A stretch of DNA of 44,712 nucleotides from Solirubrobacteraceae bacterium (GTDB lineage: Bacteria; Actinomycetota; Thermoleophilia; Solirubrobacterales; Solirubrobacteraceae): positions 1-44,712 of the forward strand of contig DATAQR010000002.1 in NCBI GenBank assembly GCA_036264565.1. Reading direction: 5' to 3'. Of this stretch, positions 44,201-44,712 are shown in pieces (within the stretch, counting starts at the first letter, position 1; every line of letters begins with the position of its first letter). The notes below the pieces were generated by a model. It searched no databases and was not told the DNA's origin. It saw only the letters and a list, made by a program, of their open reading frames with translations. Made by a program: the position numbers and the translations under genes.

Positions 44201-44656
44201 CGGCTCACCCAGCTCGGCGCCCTACGCATCGACCAGCTCTCAGACACCCAGCACGGCGCCCAGATAGCGGTCGGTGGACTCGTGATCGCCCGCCAACGAC
44301 CACAAACAGCGAACGGCATCACCTTCCTACTGCTCGAGGACGAGACGGGAACGTTGAACGTGATCGTCCAACCGAAGCTGTATGAACAACGCCGGCTCGT
44401 CGTCCGCACCGAACCACTGATCCTCATAACAGGACGGTTGGAGCGCCACGCCCGCGGTGGCGGCGCCATCAACCTGCTCGCCCACAAGATCGAAACACTC
44501 ACATACACAACCAACCCAAACAGCGAGATAAAGCAGCTCCCCACCGAAACACAAACAACTGACGAAGACCACGCCATACAAGCCGCCACCGGCACCGACG
44601 ACTTCCGCGCAGTCGCGCCACCAGCAATGAACTTCGGTCAAGGCAGACGACGCTAA
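41294..44656 (+). CDS. dnaE2: Error-prone DNA polymerase III alpha subunit DnaE2 (ImuC)
   Basis: YVELHCHSAYSFLDG PHP domain, GRGS, PDIDIDF, HLSQHPGG, KIDLLGLG, GFPKAH, RQRPQTANGITFLLLEDETG. Confidence 0.95.
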   Translation: MPGTPPYVELHCHSAYSFLDGASLPEELVHRAVALGYGALGLTDHDSLAGAMEFAMSARDTALRPIFGAEVTVTIGSVSAATVYRTGDEGAYRHLTLLVRDAAGWRNLCRLLTLAHAHTRDSPDRHAGQPSVPIERVLEHAQGLVCLSGCATHGVRDEATLRRLRDAFGPEGLRIELQRPYARGDRARIRELVRLAGGLGVRTVATGDVHAHTRMRALLQDAFVAVREGLTLDGSEVQRRPNHSHVLTRPDAMAARFAGLGEAVAETVRLAETLTFSLIGDLGYRYPGSEDHEAARALRESCRAVFDERYPQGHPCRSEAAGRLEEELRIIDRLGLCGFFLLHHEVLELAREVAVEVRGPDTARALLPPGRGRGSSVSSIVCYLTGLSHVDPIENGLVIGRFLHDDIVGMPDIDIDFPRDIRARLIARIPERYGHDRAALVAAFPTYRSRGAIRELGKALGLPAGEIERVARSADGWGGHGGVSEDIRAALGPRRSEHGRWAWLARLAHEAYGLPRHLSQHPGGMVISTRPLIDCAPIVPAQMAERQMVQWDKDSCADAGFLKIDLLGLGMLSAVERCVDTIARTRDERIDLSRIPLDDPETFAMIGQADTTGVFQIESRAQMGSLLRTRPATLEDLTVQVALVRPGPIVGGAVNPYIERRQALLGDPDYQVPYLHPSLQGPLAQTLGTIIFQDQVIEVSRAFAGFTAGEAEGLRRAMSRKRSQEAMDAHYQQFIEGARRTHPDASEDVIERVWQMTVGFAGFGFPKAHGVAFGLLAYQSTWLRVHYAQEFLCALLNEQPMGFYPPDSLIHEAQRRGITILPPDVNRSDAECSLTAEGAIRIGLAYIKDVHEQDIARLLAAREESGTFTDLGNLAARAGVSTPTLERLAWSGACDPLAGGGAHARRTALWQLGVATPAHTSATGRQLALHLPLPDAPSLPGLGDWEAMLADYAATGVSVKRHPLSLLRDRLTQLGALRIDQLSDTQHGAQIAVGGLVIARQRPQTANGITFLLLEDETGTLNVIVQPKLYEQRRLVVRTEPLILITGRLERHARGGGAINLLAHKIETLTYTTNPNSEIKQLPTETQTTDEDHAIQAATGTDDFRAVAPPAMNFGQGRRR

Positions 44657-44687
44657 ACCGAGAGCTACAGAGACGAGAGGCGTTGCT

Positions 44688-44712
44688 TCTCGACGAGGCT
44701 GCCTCGTCGAGA
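44688..44712 (+). terminator. Perfect hairpin after dnaE2
   Basis: tctcgacgagg-ctg-cctcgtcgaga; runs to the window edge. Confidence 0.6.

Noticed and set aside
1-44712. Integrase, transposase, prophage, sortase or rRNA genes
   Set aside because: No recognisable motifs in any frame.

Overview
GC-rich actinobacterial DNA. The gene content and the secreted-protein families suggest Thermoleophilia/Solirubrobacterales (inference). Layout: (1) 1-755, a DUF433/PIN toxin-antitoxin pair. (2) 0.8-12.5 kb, a de novo purine cluster (purB divergent; GYD, purD-E-C-S-Q-L-F-N-H; no purK or purM). (3) 12.5-33.7 kb, an accessory block bracketed by an identical 21-bp sequence. It holds an AAA+DUF4143 gene behind a 4x23-bp repeat array; a minus-strand operon of PadR, a degenerate ABC ATPase, an active ABC ATPase, a MacB/FtsX permease, a YtpB/DUF2600 terpene-cyclase-like enzyme and two secreted proteins; a divergent tandem TetR; a ~730-bp structured leader; three secreted Cys-containing beta-proteins with a strong GAA-Glu codon bias; and a DrrAB-type exporter. 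(4) 33.8-39.8 kb, SDR, tRNA-Lys, vapBC, ferredoxin reductase, tRNA-Val, an LmeA-like protein, P450 and tRNA-Asp. (5) A LexA-box-controlled imuB / small ORF / dnaE2 mutagenesis cassette. The best candidate for an undescribed system is 13.9-31.7 kb: a possible cell-surface appendage/export system coupled to isoprenoid chemistry. All calls come from motif recognition; no database searches were run.
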